Assembly (NCBI GenBank): GCA_037481835.1
Contig: JBBFKW010000010.1
Coordinates: 64,001-128,000, forward strand
Length of the DNA: 64,000 nt
Reading direction: 5' to 3'
From: Desulfosoma sp.
GTDB taxonomy: Bacteria; Desulfobacterota; Syntrophobacteria; Syntrophobacterales; DSM-9756
Positions 26,850-35,760 of the stretch are shown one piece after another. A program made the position numbers and the translations under genes. Every line of letters starts with the position of its first letter. Within the stretch, counting starts at the first letter, position 1. The notes below the pieces were generated by a model that worked only from the letters and a program-made list of their open reading frames with translations, made no database searches and was not told where the DNA came from.

Positions 26850-27027
26850 TTTCATCCTTCGTTGTGAGACCGAGACGTGCGAGCGTATGCCCGGTTTTTG
26901 TTGGGGTTCGCTGCGCTCACCCCAACCTACAGTCGGCGGCCCAAAATGTTCAATAAACTCGTAGGTTGGGGTGAGCGGAGCGAACCCCAACCCAGATCAA
27001 TATCCGGCAAGACAACGAACCATGAAA
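26850..27027. mobile_element. MITE/REPIN-like element: 16-bp imperfect terminal inverted repeats enclosing an inverted REP pair
   Basis: TTTCATCCTTCGTTGT (26850-65) and ACAACGAACCATGAAA (27012-27) match at 14/16. Internal REP copies at 26900-26930 (reverse) and 26961-26991 (forward). Confidence 0.55.
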
Positions 27028-27258
27028 GTCCTGCCCTGCCGGATTCCAACCGCGACTTTCACATTAACCCGATCCGCTTGTCCATCAGAGCGGCTTGGCC
27101 GCGGCTTCATTGAACCCCACGGCCGGCTCCCGCTCATTCTCGTCTAACCCTTTCCATGGGGGCTCAGCGCGGGCAAAAGGGACTTTCCCACATCATCCAG
27201 TGCCGGCCGTTGCCCGATCCACCGGGGTACGACAACAAGGCCGGGAAAGCTCCACGGC

Positions 27259-28674
27259 TCAAAGCGCCATGTCCCATGGAAAGATCTTTCCCGGGTTTAG
27301 CACAAAATTGGGGTCGAAGAGGCGCTTCAAGCCCATCTGTACGCGAATGCTTTCCGGTTGCAGTTCCATGGCCAGAAAGCGCTGCTTGGCCACTCCCACT
27401 CCGTGTTCGCCGGAAATGGTCCCGCCGCGGCGCAGCACCTCGGCGAGCACGGCCCGAACCCCTTCTTCCACCCGCTGCGGCCGGCATTCTCGGCATGCCG
27501 TGATGTTCAAATGGATGTTTCCGTCTCCCGCGTGGCCGAAGCAGTAAATCTTCAAGTCGAACCGGTCTTCCACTTCCGGAATGCACTGGATGAATCCGGC
27601 AATTTCCCCCAGCGGGACGACCACGTCTTCAGGAATGTAGACCGCGGCGCTGTGTTCGATGCGAAGCGACACCTCCCTCCGAACGGCCCACATGCGTTCC
27701 CGCTTGGCCGTATCGGGCGCCATGAGCACCTCTTGGGCGCCGCGTTCCAGGCACACCATCCCCATGCGTTCGATTTCCCGGCCGATGACCTCGGGATGTC
27801 CGTCCGCTTCCACGAGAAGGAACGACCCGGCGCCCTGCGCTTCTTCAAACGGCAGAAGATCGCCGACCAGTTCCAGGCAGCGGTGATCGAGGAATTCGAC
27901 GGCGGAGGGCACCAGCCCGGCGTTCAGGATGCCCGTGACGGCGTTCATGGCCTGGGTCATGTCCGGAAAAAGGGCCACCAGGGTTGTCACGGCGGGAGGA
28001 TGGGGAATGAGTTTCAAAATGAGCTTGGTGATGACGCCCAACGTCCCTTCGGAGCCCACAATGAGGCGCGTGAGATCGTAGCCGACAACGCCTTTGCGGG
28101 TGAGCACGCCGGTGCGGATCAGGGACCCCGTGGGAAGGACCACGTGGAGGCCCAAGACGTAATCGCGGGTCACGCCGTACTTGACGCACGAAGGCCCTCC
28201 GGCGTTGGTGGCGGCGTTTCCCCCGATGCTGCACGTCTCCACGCTGGCCGGATCGGGGGGATAGTAGAGCCCTTGGGCTTTGACCGCCCGTTTCAAATCG
28301 GCGGTCACCACGCCGGGCTCCACCACGGCCACCAAGTTTACCGGATCCACGGCGAGGATGCGGTTCATGGCCGAGAGGTTGAGCACCACACCTCCGTGGA
28401 TGGGACTCGCCCCGCCGGCCAAACCCGTACCCATGCCGCGGGGCGTCACGGGAATGCGGTATCGATTGGCCAGTTCCATGAGCCGCACCACGTGGTCCTC
28501 GCAGCGCGCCGTGACCACGACTTCCGGGGCGCCTCGGGTGTGGGAGGCGTCCTCGGCGCATTCGGCCAGCTTGTCCGGATGCGTTGAGACCGCCTCCTCA
28601 CCCAGGGCGTGGCGCAGGGCTTCGAGAATTTCGGGCGTGAGCGCCGAGTAGGCATAATGATTCTTGTCTTTCAC
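27259..28674 (-). CDS. FAD-linked oxidoreductase, GlcD/D-2-hydroxyacid dehydrogenase family
   Basis: 'PRGMGTGLAGG', 'YPPDPAS', 'IGGNAATNAGG..VKYGVTRDYV', 'GSEGTLG', 'GHAGDGNIH', 'SGEHGVG', 'LNPGKI'. GTG start is inferred. Confidence 0.92.
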   Translation of the reverse strand: MKDKNHYAYSALTPEILEALRHALGEEAVSTHPDKLAECAEDASHTRGAPEVVVTARCEDHVVRLMELANRYRIPVTPRGMGTGLAGGASPIHGGVVLNLSAMNRILAVDPVNLVAVVEPGVVTADLKRAVKAQGLYYPPDPASVETCSIGGNAATNAGGPSCVKYGVTRDYVLGLHVVLPTGSLIRTGVLTRKGVVGYDLTRLIVGSEGTLGVITKLILKLIPHPPAVTTLVALFPDMTQAMNAVTGILNAGLVPSAVEFLDHRCLELVGDLLPFEEAQGAGSFLLVEADGHPEVIGREIERMGMVCLERGAQEVLMAPDTAKRERMWAVRREVSLRIEHSAAVYIPEDVVVPLGEIAGFIQCIPEVEDRFDLKIYCFGHAGDGNIHLNITACRECRPQRVEEGVRAVLAEVLRRGGTISGEHGVGVAKQRFLAMELQPESIRVQMGLKRLFDPNFVLNPGKIFPWDMAL

Positions 28675-28823
28675 TGGGAATCTCTTCCGAACAGGGGTTT
28701 GCACCATGGGCAGGCGGTGTGGCCGGGGCACGGGACGCCGTGCCCCGAAGGTGTCGGAGAGCCCAAAGGATGGGGGCCGAAGCCCTCCGGTCTCCCGGCT
28801 CAGGGCCGGCGTCAAAGGAAGGT

Positions 28824-29579
28824 CTAGAGCTGGTACTTTTCTTTGAGCTCCTGCCACTTGGGCGACTTCATGAGTTTCTGCAGGCCCTCGTTCAGGAGAT
28901 TCAGAAGTTCTGTATCTCCCTTTCGGACCCCGTAGGCGAAGGTCTCTTCGGGCATGCCGAAAGTGCCCAAGATTTTCAAGGGTTTTTCCCGGACGACTTC
29001 GTGGGCCGGCGCATCGTCCATGGAGGCGGCGATGATCCGGCCGTTGAGCACGTCCTCGGCGGCCAAGGGGCCCGAATCATAATAGACCAGCTCAAAGTTC
29101 TTGCCCTTGTCGATGAGGTTTTCCTTCATCCATTTGGCTTCCGAGGTACCCCGCTGGACCCCCACCTTGTTGCCGTTGCCCAGGACCTGATCCACCGTGA
29201 GCTGCGCGTCCTTCTTGACGACCAGGACCTGCTTGATTTCCCAGTAAGGAATGGTGAAATCGATCTGCTTCTTCCGCTCTTCGGTGACGCTGAGCCCCGA
29301 AGCGATGACGTCGATCTTTCGCGCCGTGAGGCTCGGAATGATGGCGTCCCAATCGATGGCTTTGTGCTCGACCTTAAAGCCCATCTGCTGGGCGATCCAA
29401 TTCAGCGCTTCCACATCGAAGCCGGCGGGCTTGCCGTCTTTGTCGATGTAGGCGAAAGGCGGGAAATTGGCGTCGATGCCGTTGATGTAAACCTTGTCCG
29501 CAGCCTGGACGCCGCCACCGAACACGCCCGCCATCACCGTCAGAACCACCAGAACCGCACACCAAAGACTTCGTCGCAT
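28824..29579 (-). CDS. Polar amino-acid ABC transporter substrate-binding protein
   Basis: Signal peptide; 'DANFPPF', 'GFDVE', 'ERKKQIDFTIPY', 'GVQRGT'. Confidence 0.92.
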   Translation of the reverse strand: MRRSLWCAVLVVLTVMAGVFGGGVQAADKVYINGIDANFPPFAYIDKDGKPAGFDVEALNWIAQQMGFKVEHKAIDWDAIIPSLTARKIDVIASGLSVTEERKKQIDFTIPYWEIKQVLVVKKDAQLTVDQVLGNGNKVGVQRGTSEAKWMKENLIDKGKNFELVYYDSGPLAAEDVLNGRIIAASMDDAPAHEVVREKPLKILGTFGMPEETFAYGVRKGDTELLNLLNEGLQKLMKSPKWQELKEKYQL

Positions 29580-29690
29580 GCTTTCTCCTCCTTTTTCCAG
29601 TCCTCACCCACTCCGTACCGCACGTCCTTTTTCATTCCCGTTTCGGGCCTCTCCACACCCTGCCGCCCGCAGACGATTCATGGAAGCACA

Positions 29691-29999
29691 TCATTCTTCC
29701 TCGGCCTCGGCCTCCCACCATTCATGGCACGCCTCTTCAATGGCCTCCCGGACCACAGGATCCACCTCGTGGCGCAGCCCCCACGCCATGTCCACCCATT
29801 CTTCCATGAGGCGGTGCGCTTCCGCCTCCTGGCCCCCGTCGTCCAGATCGCTCACCACGTCCATGAGGGCGGCCAAGGCCTCGCCCACGGGACGGGGCCC
29901 GTCGCTGGAGGCGAGCACGACCCCGGCTCGAGTGTATTCCCACGCCAACAGGCCTTTATCGGGCTGCCACGTCCATGTGATGCGCTTCTTCCGAGCCAT
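29691..29999 (-). CDS. Hypothetical acidic protein (102 aa)
   Basis: GAGGA RBS before ATG; sits between two genes on the same strand. Confidence 0.6.
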   Translation of the reverse strand: MARKKRITWTWQPDKGLLAWEYTRAGVVLASSDGPRPVGEALAALMDVVSDLDDGGQEAEAHRLMEEWVDMAWGLRHEVDPVVREAIEEACHEWWEAEAEEE

Positions 30000-30044
30000 G
30001 CAACATCCTCTCAAACCCTGCTCGGCGCACAGCCGGCTCTCACC

Positions 30045-30866
30045 TTACCTCCCGGCTCCATTGCCGTCGTCCTCAAGACTCAAAATGCCCTTGGCCATGG
30101 CTAGAGCTTCGTCCACCGCCTCCACAACGTCGGGGTCATCGCTGTGTTTCAGCGGCTCCAAGACGTCCGGCGCCCTTTCCGGCATGACGGTCGCCACCGC
30201 CTCGATGGTGGCAAACAGGAGGTCCTCGTCGATTTCGTCGGAATCCAAAATTTCTTCCAGGACCGGAGCGGCTTCCGGAATGCCCCAGGCCCCGGCGGCG
30301 CACACGGCCTGGTAGAGGATGTCCGGATCGCGAGATTTCAAGGCCTCCAGGATCTCTCGGTCGAAGCCCTGGATCCAGCGCATGGCGAAAACCGCCGTGA
30401 GCTTCCAGTTGTCGTCTTTGGAGGCATAGGCGGAAGCGACCGCCTCACGGTGCCATTCCTGAGGGGCCCGCACCGACCCTTCCAGGACACTGCGGCGCAC
30501 TTCCGTCGGCGTGCGGGGATCGTGATAGAGTTCGTAAAACTTTTGTTGAATCTTTTGGAAAGTCGCCTCGGAAATCGGATCCTCCTCGGGATCTTCAAAT
30601 CCTTCCACATCGGCGTATTCCAGGGCCGAACCCAAAGCCACGGCGGCTGTCCCTCGAAGGGAAGGATCTTCGCTGGAATCTTCGACGATGTTCAAGAGCG
30701 CTTCGGCGACGCCGTCGTCCATGACAGACACATCGGAAAGGAGCTCGGCGGCCATATCGCGCTCTTCCGCCGCGGCCGCACGGTTTTGCAGCAGGGCCAA
30801 GAGCTTTTCCTTGGTGCCTTCGGGCCACTCCCAAGCCGGCATATCATAGAGGGCTTCCAAATCCAT
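30045..30866 (-). CDS. Acidic HEAT/PBS-repeat protein
   Basis: Helical repeats ('LRGTAAVALG', 'LYQAVCAAG', 'LKHSDDPDVVEAV'). AGGAG RBS. Confidence 0.75.
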   Translation of the reverse strand: MDLEALYDMPAWEWPEGTKEKLLALLQNRAAAAEERDMAAELLSDVSVMDDGVAEALLNIVEDSSEDPSLRGTAAVALGSALEYADVEGFEDPEEDPISEATFQKIQQKFYELYHDPRTPTEVRRSVLEGSVRAPQEWHREAVASAYASKDDNWKLTAVFAMRWIQGFDREILEALKSRDPDILYQAVCAAGAWGIPEAAPVLEEILDSDEIDEDLLFATIEAVATVMPERAPDVLEPLKHSDDPDVVEAVDEALAMAKGILSLEDDGNGAGR

Positions 30867-31014
30867 AACGTCTCTCCTGAGCCTATGGGTTGAAGTGAAG
30901 AAGCTCTTCGCCACTGAAGCCGGAGCCCCTCCTCGAACGAAACGCATCCTACCTATCATAAATCCCAGAAAAACGGGTTGAAAAAGTGGCGTCCAAACGG
31001 CGCTCTTTTTTGGC

Positions 31015-31042
31015 TCAAGTTTCCCGCTTGTTTTGCCGAAAC
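31015..31042 (+). promoter_or_regulatory. Candidate sigma28 (FliA) promoter
   Basis: TCAAGTTT-N12-GCCGAAAC versus TAAAGTTT-N11-GCCGATAA (spacer 1 nt long), about 90 bp upstream of a chemoreceptor gene. Confidence 0.5.
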
Positions 31043-31129
31043 ACGGGATGAGCCTGCGTGCATGGGTTCGGGGGAAAGGACGAAAAGGCTCTGTTTCATG
31101 GAACCCTTGGAAACAAAGGAGTGGCGCCG

Positions 31130-34100
31130 ATGCATCTCAGCCTGAAAATGAAGCTCATGGTTTTCGCCGTCGCCTTGGTGGCCGTGCCGCTGGTCACCAA
31201 CACCGTGGCGAACACCTCCCTTTCCGTTTCTCAGTCCCGAGACATCTCCAAGTACGTAAGCAGGGTCCTGGAAGAAGACGCAGCACAATACCTGACGGCC
31301 CTCCTCGAAGCGGATCACGCCCTGGTGAGTACGGTCGTCTCAAAGGCGGAAGACGATGCGCGGCGCCTTGCCGCATCGCCCAATCTCCACAATTTTATCG
31401 CCACAAAGAAAGGAACCCGGTCGGAGGTGCGCGCCGCTGTGGAAGCCCAGGCCAAGGGCCTCCTCAGCCAAATCAAAGCCCTCTTCGATGCGGAACGCCA
31501 AGCCGTCTCACGCCAGCTCAAAAACGACATCAAGCTGGCCGAAGCCTTGGTGCAACGCTACGGGAAACCGGATTTGTCCGATACCCCGTACCGCTGGAAC
31601 GCCGTCAATCAATTCACCAAGGAAAGCCAGAGCGTGGAGCTGCCCTTGATGCGTTTGGGCTCGCAACTGCTCTATCCTGTGGACGCGTTCGAAACACGCT
31701 CCTTTGTCGTCGATGAACTCACCGAACTCACCGGAAGCACCTGCACCATTTTTCAGAAAATGAACGAGGCCGGAGACATGCTGCGCGTGGCCACCTCCGT
31801 GAAAAACCTCGAAGGAAAACGCGCCGTCGGAACCTTCATCCCCGCCGTCAACCCGGACGGCACACCCAACGCCGTTGTAACCACGGTTTCCTTGGGTACG
31901 CCGTACATGGGCCGGGCCTTCGTGGTCGACGATTGGTACCAGACCATCTACAAACCGCTCAAGAACCCCTTCGACGACATCATCGGGATGCTCTACGTGG
32001 GAGTGCCCGAAAAGAGTTTGGGCACCATTCGCGATCAAGTCGCGGAGGCACGCTTGGGGCAAACGGGTTTTGTCTTCATCGCCGATGAAGACGGCCGGAT
32101 CGTCCTGCACGCCGATCGTACTCTCGAGGGTCAGGACGCGGGGCAAGCGTTGCACATCCCCGACTGGTCCAAACACGTTAAGAACGCCCTCGCCCACAAG
32201 GAAACCTTTGTTCCCGTCAAAGGCGCGGACGGCCGGGAACAATTCCTTTCCCTCCTGCACTATCCCGACTGGAAATGGGTCTTGGTGGCCGTGGGTTCTT
32301 GGGATGAGTTTACAGGAAAAGCCGCGGAAGCTTCTTTCGGCCAGTTCGCCGAGGAACTCAAGGCCTTGTGGCAGGTCGGCGTCATCCAAACCCCTGATGG
32401 GCCGAAAAACCTCTACCCCCAGATTCGTCTCTTGGACGCTTCGGGAATGGAACGCCTGAAACTGGTTGATGGATCGTTGCGGCAGGACCTCGGGTCCCGA
32501 GCGGATGCGGAATGGTTTCAGCACGCTTTGAAAGCGGAATCCTTTTACAACACGGGCGTCCAGATCGCTCAGAACACCGGAAAGCCCGAGCTACGGATCG
32601 CCGTGCCCGTTCGCGACGAAGGCCGTGTGGAAGGCGTCGTGGTTGTGAACTTGGATTGGTCGGTGGTCTGGGACGTCCTCAAAGGCAAAAAGCACGGCAA
32701 GACGGGATACGCCGCCGTCATCGATCCACAGGGCTACATCGTCTCCCATCCCAAGTATTCTTTGGCGGACGGCGTTCGAATCACCGACGACAAATACGGG
32801 CAGCTGGCCGTTCTGGTCAAGACAGGGCTCGGAGGCGCCGCGGGATCGGGAACGTACTCCTTCGAGGGTGTGGCCAAATTCATGGCCTATAAACCTTTCG
32901 CCATGGGATCCAAGACCTATTTGGTCGTCACCACCATCTCCCAGGACGAATTGATGGGGATGGCCCATCAGGTGGCGGAAAAGCTTGACCGGGGTCGATC
33001 CCACGCCGTGAAATGGGCCGTGGGAATCGCCGCCGCCATGATCCTTTTGGGTATCGGCGTGGCGGTGCTCTTCGGGCGGCGCATCGCCGATCCCATCATC
33101 CGGGCCGTGCACGGCCTTAATGAAGGCGCCGATCAGGTGGCTGCGGCATCCTCCCAGGTGGCCGGATCCAGCCAACAGCTCGCCGAGGGGGCCTCCGAGC
33201 AAGCGGCGTCTCTGGAAGAGACGTCTTCCGCCCTGGAAGAGATGGCCTCCATGACCCGACAAAACGCGGATAACGCCGCACAGGCCAACGCCCTCGTCAA
33301 GAGGTCGGGCGAAGATCTGGCAAAGGCCCAAACGGCCATGATCAGCCTGGAAAAGGCCATGGAAGACATCGAAAAGGCGAGCGAGGAGACCCATAAGATC
33401 ATCAAGACCATCGACGAGATCGCCTTCCAGACCAATCTCCTTGCGCTGAACGCCGCCGTGGAAGCAGCCCGGGCCGGGGAAGCGGGCGCGGGATTCGCCG
33501 TGGTGGCCGACGAGGTGCGCAGCCTCGCCATGAGAGCCGCCGAGGCGGCGCGAAACACCTCCGGGATTATCGAGGAAACCGTGCGCAAGGTCCGAACGGG
33601 ACTCGAAGCCGCGACGCTGGTGTCGCGATCTTTTGCCGAGGTGGCCGAATCGGCGGGCAAGATCGGCGAACTTGTGGCGGAAATCGCCGCCGCCAGCGGA
33701 GAACAGGCGGAAGGGATCGATCAGGTGAACCGGGCTGTGGCCGAAATGGACAAAGTGGTCCAGCGCAACGCCGCCAACGCGGAAGAATCGGCTTCCGCCA
33801 GTGAAGAACTGAGCGCCCAGGCCGCCGTGGTCCGGGAATACGTCCAGGAACTCGCCCGGGTTGTGGGGCTGGTGAGTGAGGCCGTCCGTGAAAAAGCAAA
33901 GGATGCCCTCCCCGAGGAGTCTTTGGAATTTCCTGAAGAAACGGACGGTGGAAGCCCGGATCCGGCCCCTCACAGGCCGGAGCGCTTTTCCGGCGCGCAT
34001 GTTGCCACTCCTGCAGCCCCGCGGCGAGCCATGGTCAAAGAGCCACTCCACGGGCCGAAGGCCGCCCTGGTGGCTCTAAACACGCGGCGCATCAAACCGC

Positions 34101-34507
34101 TGATGGAATGGAATCCCGAGTATTCGGTGGGGGATTTCGACATCGACCAACAGCACCAGAAGCTCTTCAAGATGGTCAACCGCCTCAATGAAGCCATGCA
34201 AACGGGGCAAGGCCGGAGCCTCCTGGGGCGGCTCCTCATGGATCTGACGGACTACACCCGGAAACACTTCCAAGCGGAAGAGCAGGCCATGGAGCGGGCC
34301 GGATATCCGGATCTGGAAGCCCACCGGGAAGTGCACGAAAAGCTCACCCGCCAGGTGGCAGACATCGTGGAGCGGTTCCAAAGCGGTGAAACGGGCCTCA
34401 CCCTGGACGTCATGCGGTTTTTGGAACAGTGGCTCAAGAAGCACATTCTCGGCATGGACAAAAAATACGCCCCCTATTTGCATAGCGAAAAGGAAGCAGT
34501 ATTTTAA
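31130..34507 (+). CDS. Methyl-accepting chemotaxis protein with multi-Cache periplasmic region and C-terminal bacteriohemerythrin (DcrH-like)
   Basis: Two TM helices; Cache motifs; MA tip '[32 protein letters not shown]'; hemerythrin 'IDQQH..HFQAEE..HREVH..HILGMD'. Confidence 0.93.
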   Translation: MHLSLKMKLMVFAVALVAVPLVTNTVANTSLSVSQSRDISKYVSRVLEEDAAQYLTALLEADHALVSTVVSKAEDDARRLAASPNLHNFIATKKGTRSEVRAAVEAQAKGLLSQIKALFDAERQAVSRQLKNDIKLAEALVQRYGKPDLSDTPYRWNAVNQFTKESQSVELPLMRLGSQLLYPVDAFETRSFVVDELTELTGSTCTIFQKMNEAGDMLRVATSVKNLEGKRAVGTFIPAVNPDGTPNAVVTTVSLGTPYMGRAFVVDDWYQTIYKPLKNPFDDIIGMLYVGVPEKSLGTIRDQVAEARLGQTGFVFIADEDGRIVLHADRTLEGQDAGQALHIPDWSKHVKNALAHKETFVPVKGADGREQFLSLLHYPDWKWVLVAVGSWDEFTGKAAEASFGQFAEELKALWQVGVIQTPDGPKNLYPQIRLLDASGMERLKLVDGSLRQDLGSRADAEWFQHALKAESFYNTGVQIAQNTGKPELRIAVPVRDEGRVEGVVVVNLDWSVVWDVLKGKKHGKTGYAAVIDPQGYIVSHPKYSLADGVRITDDKYGQLAVLVKTGLGGAAGSGTYSFEGVAKFMAYKPFAMGSKTYLVVTTISQDELMGMAHQVAEKLDRGRSHAVKWAVGIAAAMILLGIGVAVLFGRRIADPIIRAVHGLNEGADQVAAASSQVAGSSQQLAEGASEQAASLEETSSALEEMASMTRQNADNAAQANALVKRSGEDLAKAQTAMISLEKAMEDIEKASEETHKIIKTIDEIAFQTNLLALNAAVEAARAGEAGAGFAVVADEVRSLAMRAAEAARNTSGIIEETVRKVRTGLEAATLVSRSFAEVAESAGKIGELVAEIAAASGEQAEGIDQVNRAVAEMDKVVQRNAANAEESASASEELSAQAAVVREYVQELARVVGLVSEAVREKAKDALPEESLEFPEETDGGSPDPAPHRPERFSGAHVATPAAPRRAMVKEPLHGPKAALVALNTRRIKPLMEWNPEYSVGDFDIDQQHQKLFKMVNRLNEAMQTGQGRSLLGRLLMDLTDYTRKHFQAEEQAMERAGYPDLEAHREVHEKLTRQVADIVERFQSGETGLTLDVMRFLEQWLKKHILGMDKKYAPYLHSEKEAVF

Positions 34508-34599
34508 TTTTGAAGCGCGGTGCGGTTGCCTTGAAAGGCCGAGGGCGGCTGCCGAGCCATCTTGAGCGGTTCAGAGGCACGGGGGCAAGGAGGCTCCCC

Positions 34600-35760
34600 A
34601 TGCGCTACTCGAGGCATGGGAAAAGACGGGTTTTACGAGTCCTGGCGGCGGCATTGTGGCTCACCGTGATCGGTGCCGCATGCCAGCGGGAGCCCATAAA
34701 GATCGGGTTTTCGGGAACGCTCACGGGCCCCTTCTCGGATCTGGGCATCCACGGGCGAAACGGCGCCCGCATGGCCGTGGAGGCGATCAACGAAGCCGGG
34801 GGCGTTGTCGGCCGCCCCTTGGAGCTCGTGGTCATGGATGACGAAGGCACCCCGGAAGGGGCGGTCCAGGCGGACAGGAATCTGGCGGCGCTCGGCGTCG
34901 CGGCCATCATCGGCCACATGACCAGCGCCTTGTCCATGGCCGCCCTTCCGATCACCCAGGAAACGGGCGTCCCCCTCGTTTCGCCCACCACCTCCACGCC
35001 GCTCCTCAAAGGGCGCAAGGACCTCTTCTTCAGAGTCCAGCCGACCACAGACGCCACCGCCCGCGCCCTGGCCCGGTGGATTACCGGCAAACCCTCCTTG
35101 AAAACCGTCTGCACCATTCGAGATACCCGAAACGATGCCTACAGCGCGCCGTGGGAAGGGGCTTTCGTCGAAGAATACGTAAGGTTGAACGGTCCCCATG
35201 GGATTTCCTGTCGGCTGACGTATGGAGACACGGGGCCGAAGGTTGTCGAGGCCGTGATGAGTTCTCTCCATGTCGCGCGGCCGGATGCCCTGCTTCTCGT
35301 GAGTTCGGGTCGAGATGCCGCCTTTTTTCTGCGCGTCTTCGCTTCCGAAGGGATCAAGAGTCAAATCTTGAGCTCCGCTTGGGCCCAAACGGAAGCCTTC
35401 CTCGCCGAATCGGGCCCCCTTGCGGAAAACCTTTTTTTTGCCTCCGAAAATATGCCGACGGACAGTTCCTTACGACTCCGCAACTTTTCCTGGCAGTATC
35501 GCAAACGTTTCGGCGTCGCGCCCTCCTTTGCCGCCGTAAGAGCCTACGAAGCCGTGCAGTTGACGGCGTCGGCCTTGAACGAAACGGCGGGACGGCGGGA
35601 CGGCTTGGTCAAAGCGCTCTCAACGCCTCGAACGATTGACGGCCTCTATGGTCCGTTGACCATCGACTCCTACGGCGACGCCTCGGGGCCGTATTTTATC
35701 GTCAGCGTGAAAGAAGGCCGATTCGTGGTCTTGGAATTCTTACCGGGAGCTTCTCCGTGA
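34600..35760 (+). CDS. Branched-chain-amino-acid-type periplasmic binding lipoprotein
   Basis: Lipobox-like 'GAAC'; 'IKIG..TLTGPFSDLG', 'INEAGGVVGRPLEL', 'FFRV'. Stop overlaps the next GTG. Confidence 0.88.
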   Translation: MRYSRHGKRRVLRVLAAALWLTVIGAACQREPIKIGFSGTLTGPFSDLGIHGRNGARMAVEAINEAGGVVGRPLELVVMDDEGTPEGAVQADRNLAALGVAAIIGHMTSALSMAALPITQETGVPLVSPTTSTPLLKGRKDLFFRVQPTTDATARALARWITGKPSLKTVCTIRDTRNDAYSAPWEGAFVEEYVRLNGPHGISCRLTYGDTGPKVVEAVMSSLHVARPDALLLVSSGRDAAFFLRVFASEGIKSQILSSAWAQTEAFLAESGPLAENLFFASENMPTDSSLRLRNFSWQYRKRFGVAPSFAAVRAYEAVQLTASALNETAGRRDGLVKALSTPRTIDGLYGPLTIDSYGDASGPYFIVSVKEGRFVVLEFLPGASP

